DNA of 60,723 nucleotides, counting the filler, from Sphacelaria rigidula (Eukaryota), in assembly GCA_964200075.2 (NCBI GenBank). It is 5 parts of 5 records of this genome, joined end to end, with 100 filler letters (N's around TTAATTAATTAA, not from the genome) between each part and the next. Parts side by side here need not be neighbours in the genome. Positions count along the whole stretch, not along the records: positions 36,497 to 48,560 come from CAXNAA020004168.1; positions 48,661 to 60,723 come from CAXNAA020004169.1; 3 more parts are not named here. One strand, written 5' to 3'. Positions 38,564-50,509 of this stretch are shown piece by piece. The first letter of the stretch is position 1, and every line of letters starts with the position of its first letter. The position numbers and the translations under genes are program-made. The notes below the pieces were generated by a model that made no database searches, was not told the DNA's origin, and saw only the letters and a program-made list of their open reading frames with translations.

Positions 38564-41500
38564 TTACAAAGAAATACCATACTCCGACGCTAATTTACTG
38601 GTCAGCGCATGAGTCAACCGCAATTTACCCAGTTCCTTGAAAACAAATTCAGGCGCAGAAGAACGAGTATTGCAAAGAGACTCGCACGTACGTTCTTCAG
38701 CACCGAACCTTTCCCAACCGACCAAAATAATGACATCACCATTGTCATCCTCAGCGACGCGCACCAAAGCATTCGTCCGATATTCACCTTGAGCATACGA
38801 ATGCTGAAATACATCTGTTAGTTCCGCAGTGATGTACAATTGCGAGTAAGCACAAAAACGTAAACGAGCGACATGGGCCGAGTGCACGGCGCCAGAAACA
38901 ATGTTCTGCACCGAATACACGTGAGCGTGATCGGCTTCGGCCACTCGCCACGGACGTGTCCACGTGGACATCAACCTGGGCGTCACACCTTGCCTCCGAA
39001 CACGGGCATACAAGATGAAATCGCCAACTGCAAACTCGGGCAACACAGCCTGGCCCTGAGCAAGCTTGCGTTTGGTTTCGCGAGACACCGCGACAGCAGC
39101 TTGCATTTCGTTACAAAATCGCACTTGCTCGTCAACCACACCTTGAACCTTGTCATGCAACGAATCAGCATCCATGACATCGACGTTCCACTCGCCACTA
39201 GTGACAGAAGCCAGCGCGGAAAGCGCTGCACGCGGCGCACTCCCAAACATCGCACAATACGGAGTGTTACGGTAGCGTTCACGAAAAGACGTATTCAACG
39301 CCCGCTGAGCGGCTGGCAAAACACTAACCCATTCAGACACCAGCCGTCTCTGTTCCGACAAAATGGACCGCAACGCACGAATAAACCCTTTCACCATGCG
39401 TTCACAAGCATCATTCGACCAAGGGGTACACGCAACAGCAAATTGGTGTTGCACCTTGAGCGCATCGCTCAGCTGCGCGATCACTCGATTCTTGAAGTGC
39501 GTGGCGGTCTCACTAACCCACACACGCGGCACTCCCAAAGTCTTGCACCAGTGCAGCAAGTGCCTTGGCGTCACCTCGGCGGTGCAAGCCTCGGTCGGCT
39601 CCAACAAAACGAAATTGGACAAATTATCCATGATAACCCAAATGTACCGAATGCCATCCTCATCAGGTAAACCATTAGCACCTTTAGGTCCGCTACTTCC
39701 GACGTACAAAAAATCAAAGTGAACAACTTCACCTGGCGCAGTACCATGCACAGTATCGCCATACGGAGGAGATACAGTCGCACCAGCACGAGTGTCTACA
39801 CAATGCAAACACTGGCGAACGAACTCGCGAACGTGGGAATCCATGTGAGGCCACACACAGAATTTTTTCGAACGAAACAGAGCCAGCACCACACCACGGT
39901 GACCAGCTGACCGCATGTGAGCGCACACCATCCGGCGAGTTTGTAGAGCCTTATCATCCGACGAAATCCACAACACATCACTACTGCCAACACGCACGCG
40001 AGACAAACCATCGCCAGCCAAAGCGGCTTGACCGAAAGTCATAAGAAAATAATGAACGCCGTTGCCGACTGTTTTGCGCTGCGCGGTACGAATGACATCT
40101 AACGACGGCAGCGAATCATCGGCATCACACGGGCTGTACATGGCAACAGAACAAACAGGTATGGTAGGAACCTTCACCCAGCGAAACAACAAATCTCCCC
40201 AACAACTGCGCTCTCCAGGGATGTGTTCAATTGCATACCGATATTGGCCGATGACTCCTTTCCAATTTTCAAGCCGTTGTGCCATGGCCTTCGTCACCGA
40301 TGTGACACACTCTCTGGGGCTAAAAGTGTATTTGAGATTGCGATGATCGGTGAAAATGCGGACACCACCCCAAAGCAAGTACTCTAGCCTTCGAAATGTA
40401 TTGACTATCGCGAAATCTCCTTTGTCCAGTGTCGCCCACCGCAACTGTGAACCCTTAAAACTACCACTCAGAAAAGCCAACGGTTCGTGTGACATGTTTT
40501 CGAGCGCAATGTCACTACTAAACTCCACGACAGGCACTGGCGTAAAAAAACTACCCCAGTGAAAATCTGAAGCATCTGGAAATATGAGAACAACGCACCC
40601 TGGACGAGGATGATACAGCGGCACCGCTTGCGCCACCCAGTCTTGCGCAGCACGCCATGCCCGCACACGATCCTCCGTCCAAGCGTCCTCCGGGATGGTA
40701 CGATTACGCACCACCCGCTTGGTCCGACGCGGAGCCCCGACCATAAGTTGTTAAAAAAATACTCGAAGCGGCGCAACTATTTCCGCGATGCGCGGGAGCG
40801 AAGTCCGCAACCAATTCACCGCCTGCAGAAAGTTTATCAGCTCACTAGCGATTTGAGGACGTCGCATATTGCTCAAACCTTGAATACGGACGGGATCATG
40901 CGAAACAGTACCCTTGGGGTACACCTTACCACACCAAACCACTTCGCGGGCAAAAATAGTAAACTTATGCGCAGCGACGAACAGACCAATACTCTCCAAG
41001 CGGCCAAGAATTTCGTCAAGCAAAGCTAACAATGCTTCTTCGGGTTTCAGCAAAATAGAAAACGTCATCCACCCACACTTTACAATCTAGACCTCGCAAA
41101 ATGTCAGTCAGCACACCTTGGAAATATGCCGTGGTGTTTAACACGCCCTGCGGGACACCAATAGGCGTAAACAAACCGTCCAGCGTGACGATCGTGACGA
41201 TCTCCTGAGCCTCCGGTGCCAGAGGCATCTGCCAATACCACTGTAGCAGGTCCAACTTGCCGAAGCATTGGGCTCCCAGCAACTCCCGCATGTCTTCTTG
41301 GCTTGGCATCACCCACGGAGACTGTTCCACTTGCACGTTCACTGCCTGATAGTCGCTGACCAAACGGAATGTGTCTCTCTTCGGCACCACCATCACCGGA
41401 CTAGCCCACACAGCCTGGATATTCCTGACCAACAAATCAAACGCCACCAATGCTGCGATGCATGAGACAAGCCACCCGGTCTTCACCGGATCGTACCGTC

Positions 41501-42208
41501 TGGGCTTGGCCTTCACCGCATTTGCCTGTGGCTTGAGGTTCACCCTCACGGGCTCTACGCGCGCTGGCGGATCACCACGCAGCGCACAACGAAATGTATC
41601 CACGCGACGAGCCAAAATAACACGCAGACAATGTGCGTCACGCTCAGGTCCTTCTGCTCGGCCTGCTGCACGCTATCCTCAAGCGCACGTTCTCTTGCAC
41701 CTCTCTCCTCCGCTGGGTCCATAAACATGTCGGGCCCCCAATCGACCATGCTCCACCGTTTCATCCGCAGGAGCTCCCTCCTCATTGGTGCTTTGAAATG
41801 ATCGAATGGATACGGTCACACGCCTTGCAGCAAGATAGCTGGGATTTTCTACGCCGGTTTGCACCGCACAGCACGCGGGCGTAACTTATCCAACGCCAGC
41901 GGGTACAAATCAATCCCTAGCTCCTTCATCGTCGCCATGCCAAATAGAGCCATGTTGTCCCTACCGGGCATGACAGCGAAAGTAATGGGCTGCAACTCCA
42001 CAGCCCCCCACGGCGTACGCACGCCAACAGTAATCGGCACCGTTTTATGTGTAACCGTCACGGCACCCGTGGCGGTCTGCGCCGTTTGCGGTCCGTTTTC
42101 GAACGGAATCTGAAGCTGAGCGCCGCCAAACTGCGAAGGCATTTGCTCTAGCAACCCCACATCGATCGATGTGAGCGCGGACCCAGAATCCAGAATAACG
42201 GGGGCCAT
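38564..42208 (-). pseudogene. Gypsy pol (PR-RT-RH-IN-chromo), split into ORFs 41849-42208, 41016-41615, 40751-41068 and 38564-40744
   Basis: Domain motifs lie in different frames, indicating frameshifts. The 726-aa ORF carries RNase H plus integrase. Confidence 0.9.
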
Positions 42209-43469
42209 GCGAACCTACGGAACCAGGCAAGGAAGATCTGCGCGAAAGAATTCAGCCTTGCGATCGACAGGTACCACGCCTGCCGAAGAACCCTGGTCGG
42301 TACCAAGAGTCACCTGACGCAAGGGCTGTCCTCCAGCACTTGGCATCGACAACTGAGAAACGTCGGTCCAACCAGACCAAGTCGCCGAATATGCAGACGG
42401 CGCTGTTACAGCCGTCGCAGCAGTAGGAGATGCACCAGACACGGGTTCTGCCTGGCCGAGAGGTTGCGAACTATTCGCTCCAGCACTCCCCACCGAAGTA
42501 TTTGCGTTTCTCACGCACACAGTCCGCCCCGCTACGGACGAACCATAAGATCCAGAGTCACCACCTGATGACGTAGTGGAAGAAACAGCAGCGGAGGAAC
42601 CACCATCCGCTGCCAATTTCTTGCTACCGCGGCCGTCGCGCCCGCGTCCCTGGTTGGCACGGCCCCGTCCACCGTGACGACCGCCCCGAGATCCCGGTGA
42701 ATCTCGCGCATTTTTTTAGCAGCGCCTTGAGCGCGAGGCTTGGGGCAATCCTTGATCAGATATCCGGTGTCGCCGCAGTTGCAACACGCGCGAGTGGACG
42801 ATGCTCGCGAAGACGGCTGCTGGTTCTGTTGTTGCTGTTCGCGGCGCGCACCACCTGCACTAGTTGTAGAATCGCGCCGGCTATGTGCTTCAATGAACTT
42901 CCTTCACGGATTTTCCACCGCTTTGTGGCATAGTGAGAACTCTACGAAGGTCTGCTGCAGCCCGCGCAGTGTCATGCTTGCCGCCGGTTGTGGTGTACCC
43001 GGCATGCTGCTTCACAGCATCTAGCAATTCGTCGGGGGTCATAGCCCGACGGTCTTTATACATATCCTCGAAGCACCGGTGAATATAGGTAGGGATGAGT
43101 TGTCCGATGCTCACCCTGGCATGCCTTATTGCGTTGGCCAAATGCAACCTCTCTAAATAGTCGACATATGCGGCATATACAAGTTTTGATGCTTCTTCAG
43201 TCCACACCTCGCCATACTTGGGCAGCTCTAGTGGCTCACCTAACACCGGCGGCGCTGCCACCGCTTGAGCCATGCCGACTAGAATTCAACACTTCATCGA
43301 GAGACTCTTGCCTGACTTGAGCGTCCTCCAGCCCACGGAGTGTCCCCCACTGTTGTGCGCTTCAAGTTGGTATCTCTGTCTGCGGGCTAAACGGGCTTCC
43401 AGCTGCAGCTCACGTTTCTCCTCAGCCTAACTCCTCTAACATAGTGCCGAAAGAAAAATATCTAGATAT

Positions 43470-43727
43470 TAAAGCCTCTGCCAGACGATCTGGACAAGAG
43501 GACTTTCAACGAGGGACTCCTCCAGTATCACTGGCCTCGTGCTCGACAAGTGCTTTCTTCTCACTTGTTATTATCACGGAGTGGTTGTCAACAGACCACA
43601 TCAAGAGCCAGACAGCAAGGGGCCACACAGATAAGGCTAATCAACCCAGGATCCCCTGTCCCTTGCCACTGCTCCAACCATGCATGCGATTATACTGAAA
43701 CCTACGGCTTGGTATCATTTGGCTACA
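43470..43727 (-). repeat. 5' LTR of the gypsy element
   Basis: Direct repeat of 38229-38486; its inner terminus is mutated. Confidence 0.9.
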
Positions 43728-44232
43728 GGTCAAAGGCAATTTTTTGGGGATATATGTTGTGGGTCCCAGTTGTGCAAACCCAACAGCATGCCTCATGGTT
43801 CTACTCAAAACCAGCCAGTCCTCCTGCCCATGGGAAACTTGAAACTTGTAGCCACGACCAAACTTTCTTGGGTACCGACTTGACCGCTCATAGAGAGCTG
43901 TTTCTAAGCCTTGCAGTCACGGGGCGATGCCAAGCATGTTCTATGAGCTTGGCTGGTTTGCGCTCTGTTCCTTGGTCCGAGACCAGGTGCGAGGCTATCA
44001 CTCGCCGCCGGTCTCACATTTCTCCTGTGATCCTCTCTCTGCTTTCCAGAGCACTGTTGTTCTCAACGCAACCGTCGTAGCTTAATCGACAGAGCACTCT
44101 GCTGTCCGCAGAGACGCAAGGGCTCATAACCCCCCGGTGGTATTCTACCTTGTTTAAACCATATATAGCTACAACCTTACTCGGAAATTACTTGACAAAA
44201 CGGGGGTAAGGCCGCCCAAAAATAACGTAGTA

Positions 44233-45403
44233 TCCTGGAAAATGGGTTTGAACACTGAAGTGGGACTGAGCCCCCGTTTCGAAAAATCACATTTTTTGTC
44301 GTGATGGTATTGCAAAAACAACCAAGGATTTTATTAGTCTGTTGCAACTTCCCCTAGCGTACCTTGTCGCACATCTAAGGCATGTGTATCTCCTTCCGTA
44401 CATTCGAAACGGCTCTCATCAGGTGAGGGAAGTCGCTTGCATCGGATTCCCTTGTTTGAAGAACATGATGCCGGAGTTTTGTTTTAGCAGGAAAATCCGC
44501 AAGGGGCAGGGAGTTTCCGACTAATGAAATTTCCCTCTTTTAGGCCGGATGTTATGGCAAACAGATTTTTGGCCCACGGATTGTTCACTTTTGGGACGTT
44601 TGAGCCACCTTTTGACCCTCCAAGGGAAAATCGCCGACACACGTCTCGGACACTTTGCATTACCCCACAGAAAGGAGCCTAGTCTGCTTTTGAGATTCGC
44701 TTGGCTCCGAGGTTTCGAGATTGGCCGCTCAACAATAAGCCGTGTGCAATAACCAGAGCTTGCCAACATACGGCAGTTTGCCCAATAATCTGTGGTTATC
44801 GCCGTAGGTTTTATTGCACACGGAGATTTGTTCAGCGGCCACTCTCGAAACGTTGGAGCCACGCGAATCTGAAAAGTGGGCTAGGCTCCTCTCTGTGGGG
44901 TGATGCAAAGTGCCCAAGACGTGTGTTGGAGATTTTCCCTGTATTGGGGGTCAAAAAGTGGGTCAAACATCCCAAAAGTGAACAAGCCGTGGGCCAAAAC
45001 TCTGTGCGCCATAACATCCGGCCTTACATCTGTAAAACGTTTCCAGCAGGCGAATTTCTTTTTCGAAACGCGAACGGCGACACTTTACTCCTCATGAAAG
45101 TATTCCCCATTCATCATTTCGAGCCACGTTCGAAAAAAAACTGAAACAATTTTTGATACCAACCGCAGGTATAGCCGACGAAAGCTCCTCCTCTCATCTG
45201 ATGAGAGCCGTGTGGAATGTACCAAAGGAGATACATACAGTTTTAGAGACCGAACCAACAATGCGCCACAAGACAAGCCAGGGGAAGTTTCAACAGACAA
45301 ATAAAATCCTCCATTGGTTGTTTTTGCAAAACTATTACGGAGAAAATATGATTCTCGAGATTACGGTTCAGCCCCATTTCAATGTTACCCTATTTTCCAG
45401 GAT
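44233..45403. mobile_element. Older, diverged foldback element hosting the Harbinger MITE
   Basis: 44233-44430 is the diverged reverse complement of ~45190-45403. Confidence 0.65.
44543..45023. mobile_element. PIF/Harbinger (Tourist-like) foldback MITE
   Basis: TTA|GGCCGGATGTTATGGC...GCCATAACATCCGGCC|TTA: 3-bp TTA TSD and G-rich termini; the whole element is an inverted repeat. Confidence 0.85.
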
Positions 45404-46199
45404 TCTCTGTCGAATGTTTTCTCCCCTGAGACCATTTCTCACATTTTCATTTTTTTCTTGGTTTGTTCAGTTTTGGGACATTTGATATAGCTTTTGGCCC
45501 CCAAACACGGAATATCGTCATCACTTGGTTTCACCGAGAGGAGGCTAGCCCACTTTTCCGATTCGCTTGGCTACGAGGTTTAGAGAATGGAATGGCCTCT
45601 GAACAAAAGTCCATTATAGTTGGACATGAAAAAGTACGATGTCTGCAGAGTTCTGTGGTGATTTCCCGATTTTCCGCGTCGTTTTCACTGTTTTTTCATG
45701 TTGAGCTGGATTTTGCTCAGAGGCAATTCTCAAATCCTCGGGACCAAGCGGATCGGAAAGAAGGTCAGCAAGACGCCTTTCCGTGGGGTCATGCCAAGAC
45801 ATGCGATGTCGATATTTCCTGTTTGAGCGCCTAAGGCGGGATCAAATGTCCCAAAACTGAAGAAAAAAAACAGAATGACTAAAAACCCGCAAGACGCAGT
45901 CTTACGCCTGACGGCGAGAAAGACAACCCCAATATTCGTCTTCAGCGATTTGAATCATGCCACACATTGTTTTTGTTTGTGGCGCGAAATCATGTGCGCT
46001 AAGAAAGTTGCCTTGTGCGGCAAGCCGCACATGCCACATTGCGAAATGTGCGCTTTGATCATTTTCACTCCTGGGGGAAACCGAGGAAAAGCGCCTTCTC
46101 TTACTTTTTAACACCCGTTATGAGACTATGAAAATAAACCAAGTTCAGAATCTCTTCATATACCTTCCAAACACAGAATCACTTGGTCCGCCCACAGTC

Positions 46200-48540
46200 A
46201 GTCACAATGAGTTGAATGGGATTTAGAGAGGGAAGCAACACTGTGTTTGCTGAGGTACTTGGTCCCCATATCGGCAAGTTGATCCTCGGCTTTGACGTAA
46301 CGAATGCTGACTCTTCCCTCCTCGAACAGTTCCTGGATGGAGAATTCCCGTCCAGCTACGTGCTTCACTCGCGAGTTTTAGATCCAATTGCCGGCGATGT
46401 CAACAGTTGGGGATGTTGTCGATGTAGACGAGAATGGAGTGGCTTTACCTGCGACTGATCTAGTGAAATTTACTGTGTCACCCCGCTAGGTTGCACTTCA
46501 CCATCACGTATTGCTGCAGCAGGGACTCGGTATGGCTTCCCTGGTTAGTAGTAACCGTCTTCTTCTTGCGGTCACGGGTGTCTCCCATCCCAACAGCACG
46601 TCTCCCATGTCGATCATCGAAAAACGTCCCAATAGTTTCCGCTTGAATTTTTTGTACACTTTGAGAGGTTTGCGCGTCGCAAAACGTCATCCACGTACAA
46701 GGTCAAGATGTGGATATCGCCGCTCTCCGAGTAGATGTATACGCAGGGACCTGAGGCTCTGAAAACCGATCTTCGCCAGATGTTTGTCGACCGCCTCCCA
46801 ACAGCACTTTGGGCTTTGACGAAGGTCGCGTAGAGGCTTCTGCGAAGCCGCATTGCCATGAGAATTCCGTTGGCACCAAATTCCTCGTATCCAGCCCCCA
46901 TTTTTACATACATTTCCTCCTCAAACTCGGCCTGCAGAAACAGTAGTGTTGTTGTAGTCTAGCTGTCAGCACTCCAGATTGTTCTTCACCGCTAGTGCCA
47001 ACACCATGCAGGCACTCTGAATCCTGCAGACCGGAGCGAACGCAATGCCGCAGAGGAAACCGGGGACGTGTCCCCCTCCCGGCATAACGACTTGACCCTT
47101 GTTTGCTCTTTTTTTGTAGGTCCATCTAGAACCGATCAGCTCGTTGCCGGTTGGGATGGAGGTAGCCGGTACAAGCATGCACACGTAATTCGTCTTGAAG
47201 CTTGCCTTCCCTCGTCCGAGTCCGCCCTCAACTATTCTTTTGCTGGAAGGCTCATAGCCTCACTGAACGTGTTCGGAAGGATTTTTGGCTCTCTTACCCG
47301 CCAAATCGTTTGAGGAGTTGGTCGTTGTGTAGGCATGCTCCACGGCGGATTTTGCTTCATACGTCTGGTACACGGCATCTGATAGAAGTGGATTGGTGTA
47401 CAGTTTCAGCCGCCGTAGTTCGCGAAGCGTGTTGTCGTCGGCGATCGCTGCAATATGAGCAGAAGTGGGGTTTTAGTTGGAGTCTGCTCCTGGACAGCAC
47501 GCTGTGATGCCTTAACGTGTCGCTGCTTGTGTCACTTGGTGGTGCGGGTGTCGAGGATGGTGGAGCGGCGGTGATTCGGCTGGTGGTGTCGGAGGTGATT
47601 CGGCTGGCGGTGTCTCCATGGGGTCTCGAACTCTGTCGTGTGGGGGCGTCGTGGATTGCTCGGGCGATTCACTGCCCTCCGAGATTCCAGCTAGCAGCGT
47701 CCCCCCACGGGGCGAGGAACCGCCGTGTAGTATGTCCCGCCTGGTAAGTGCGTCGGTTCTCGCGAGAAGCTCGGTCACAACCTGTGGATTGCTCGAGATC
47801 CTGCTTGCAGTGACATGATCGGCGGAGACATGGGCCGGTTAAGCTAGTACGGGGGTGTAGTCGCGAAGGTCGTCCATGAAGCCGTTGCCAGTGGCGTAGT
47901 TGTCACTCATACTGTTACCAGGCTCTTCGTTGTTGGATGGAAGCGAATGTTTCAGAGACTGTGCCCCCTCAGACGGTACAGCGCGTGATGACTCCTCGAC
48001 GAAAACGACGCTCCTGCTTACTATGATACGTCGAGTAGCCGGGTTGCTGTCGTTCTTGCACCTTACCAATTGATCGTCTTCCAACTGCCTTGTTAATTTT
48101 TGGATGCGCCGCTCGATATTTACGATAGCCGTTGCTTCGATAGGGCGAAGATGTCGTAGATCTGGTTCCGTCCTGTTTAGCATCTTACGCGGAGATTGCA
48201 TGCAGAGCACGGAATACGGTGCTCTATTTGCAAGATACGCTGCCGTGAACATCGGTTCCCCTCACAGAAAAGTTGTCAGACCTTTGTTGGCGAGCGTCAC
48301 TGGATCATAATTGCGAGTGTCCTCCCGACGCGCTTGGGCAGACCAATTTACTGTGGCGTGTTGGTGCTGGTGTTTTTCAGGAAGACTCCTGTCTGGCGGT
48401 AGGAGCCCTTAAACTCGTTGCCTATGAAGCCCCCTTTTTGTCAGCCCTCGGCAGCTCTATCCGAACGCCGCCGGAAATGACCACCGGACTAATGCCGAGA
48501 TAGCCCCCCACAAAAAGTGCACCGGAGACCGTCCGACAAA
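46200..48540 (-). mobile_element. Degenerate Ty1/copia retrotransposon fragment (IN C-term - RT - RNase H), cut by the contig end
   Basis: AAYLANRAPYS...EPDLRHLR (integrase), LIGSRWTYK and FAPVCRIQS, LTLYVDDVL (RT), and a frameshifted QLAD..TK-type RNase H end. The IN-before-RT order defines copia. Many stops and deletions. Confidence 0.85.
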
Positions 48541-48660
48541 CCGGCGGCGATCTCACTATGNNNNNNNNNNNNNNNNNNNNNNNNNNNNNNNNNNNNNNNN
48601 NNNNTTAATTAATTAANNNNNNNNNNNNNNNNNNNNNNNNNNNNNNNNNNNNNNNNNNNN

Positions 48661-48729
48661 AGAATCGAACCCCACAACCCAAACACCAGAAGGTAACGAG
48701 GCTACCAACTGAGCCACCGGGGCGACCGG
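48661..48729 (-). mobile_element. tRNA-like head of the same SINE, cut by the contig boundary
   Basis: Reverse complement reads GGTCGCCCCGGTGGCTCAGTTGG...GGTTCGATTC. Confidence 0.75.
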
Positions 48730-49989
48730 GTGTACCTATGACTCTTGCGGCATGAATCGAAGGGGAGAAACATGTCCCTATGATTCATGGCGTGTAAATG
48801 GAAGGTGGGGAACGTGTACCTACGATTCATGCTGCATGATCGAAAAATAGGGAACATGTCCCTATGATCGATACAATACGAAAAATGGAAGGTGGGAAAC
48901 AAGTACTTACCCATGATTGATACCACACGAATGGAAGGTAGGAAACGTGTACATTCGTCGGTGTACCGCACGAATCACGAACTGGGAATATGTACACTCC
49001 AAGTAGTGCCTCACGCATCACGTACCCAAAATATGTAAGAGTCACAAGTTTTGTACGAATCGTATGATTGACTCGTAGACATGTTGAATATGAGTCGAAT
49101 CACGATTCTATTCGCCCGAACCGTGCAAAACTTATTTCCCACTAGATACAAAACGCAAAACTGACCCGATGGAAACATATTTGGTATCGTAGTGACCCCC
49201 ACGAGCAGGCGAACAGTGTGACATGGCCAGATTTTTTCTTGCGTTCTTTGCCGGGGCACTGGTAGTGAAAATGTTTCTCGGCCAATCAGGGACACCCAAA
49301 ATTGTTGTGGAATTAAAAATGCGAATTCCCGACACAATGTGTACCCAATCTTATCACGAATCAAACCTTATTAACCGCCATCAACGCGGGAATCTACAGT
49401 AACGCAAAAAACAGATTTGAAAACGGATTGTATGATTGTATGATTGTAGGATTGTATGATTGATTGATTGTAGCACTTTAACTGACCCCCCAATGGTCCA
49501 GCCGTGGTCTCATGATAGACGTACCCACCAACAACGAAACTGGAACACGCTTTGAAGAATATGTATGGGGTCGACTTATACCCCAAAACGTGGTATTTCG
49601 GTGATGTGGGGTTTTGGCGTTGTCGAATTTTTACTGCATGACAATATGCATCGAAGACCCAGAAAGCCTCTTGACGTTTTCCTTCGTAACTTTCGTATAA
49701 AGGCTGCGATCATCTTCAAACTTGGCAGGTTGGTAGATATGGGTGCTGTAAATGAAACAAAAAAATTGAAGAATATTTCAAATTTTATCCGCTCCGTGCC
49801 GGCTTCCGGGGGTCCCGGCGTGATGATTCCCAGAAGCTGATACAGATTGCTTTGAAATTAAAAATTCCAATTTGAATCATCCTGAGGTAGTCCAAGGAAC
49901 GTTTGTACAAAGTTTCGTTGCGAAGTCGAAAAGCTAGTCTCAAGCGCACAAGGCAAACGTCGGTAGCACATTGCAATCAGCAATCACGT

Positions 49990-50420
49990 AGTCAGGGGGA
50001 TTACGCGTACATTTGTACACTTCAACGCACAAACGGGCGACAGCTCGCGCCGTTTTTTATACGTAGACCCTGAAATTCTGCACGCGAATGCTCTGAAATA
50101 CATAGAAATGCTGCATGTATGGAGTCTTTCGATTGTTTCTTTCGCCAGATACCCGGGGTCTCAGGAGGCGATGTCAGTCAGATATTTAGAAAAGCTGCAT
50201 GAATGGAGTATTTCGATTGTTTTTCTCGCCAGAAAGAGGACTGACACCGCCTCCTGGGACCCCAGATATCTGGCGAAAAAAGCAATTGAAAAACTCCATT
50301 CATGCAGTCTTTCTAAATAGTTTTTGAGCATTCGTCTGCAAAATTTCATGGTCTAACTCCAAAAAATGACGTGAGCTTTCGCTGGGGAGTAAATCCCGGC
50401 CGTTTACCCTGAACCAGCCT
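49990..50420. repeat. Foldback element with an internal partial arm duplication
   Basis: 50064-50180 pairs with 50240-50355; a third partial arm copy lies in the loop. Confidence 0.65.
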
Positions 50421-50509
50421 GCATTAATACTTATTTTCTACACACCCTGGACAATAGACGGCGTCTTTTGTATAGCAACAGGATCTGCTGCAGTAGATGC
50501 CAATATTGT

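Larger units (their letters stand above)
38229..43727 (-). mobile_element. Ty3/gypsy LTR retrotransposon with chromodomain-type integrase C-terminus; near full length, decayed
   Basis: Two 258-bp LTRs. On the minus strand the order is gag (degenerate knuckle CNCGDTGYLIKDC) - protease (LDSG) - RT (VSDYQAVN, LDLLQWYWQ, PQG, WVDD) - RNase H (FPDAS, FTDHRNL) - integrase (HHCC, DFLYVG) - chromo-like (ILVGWERFGAEERT). A G-rich PPT-like tract lies before the 3' LTR. Several frameshifts. Confidence 0.95.

Noticed and set aside
38609..41029. Plus-strand ORFs up to 265 aa
   Set aside because: Antisense shadows of the gypsy pol.
44405..45215. CTGATGAGAGCC motifs as hammerhead cores
   Set aside because: They are the two arms of a foldback element; there is no stem II-GAAA or cleavage-site geometry.
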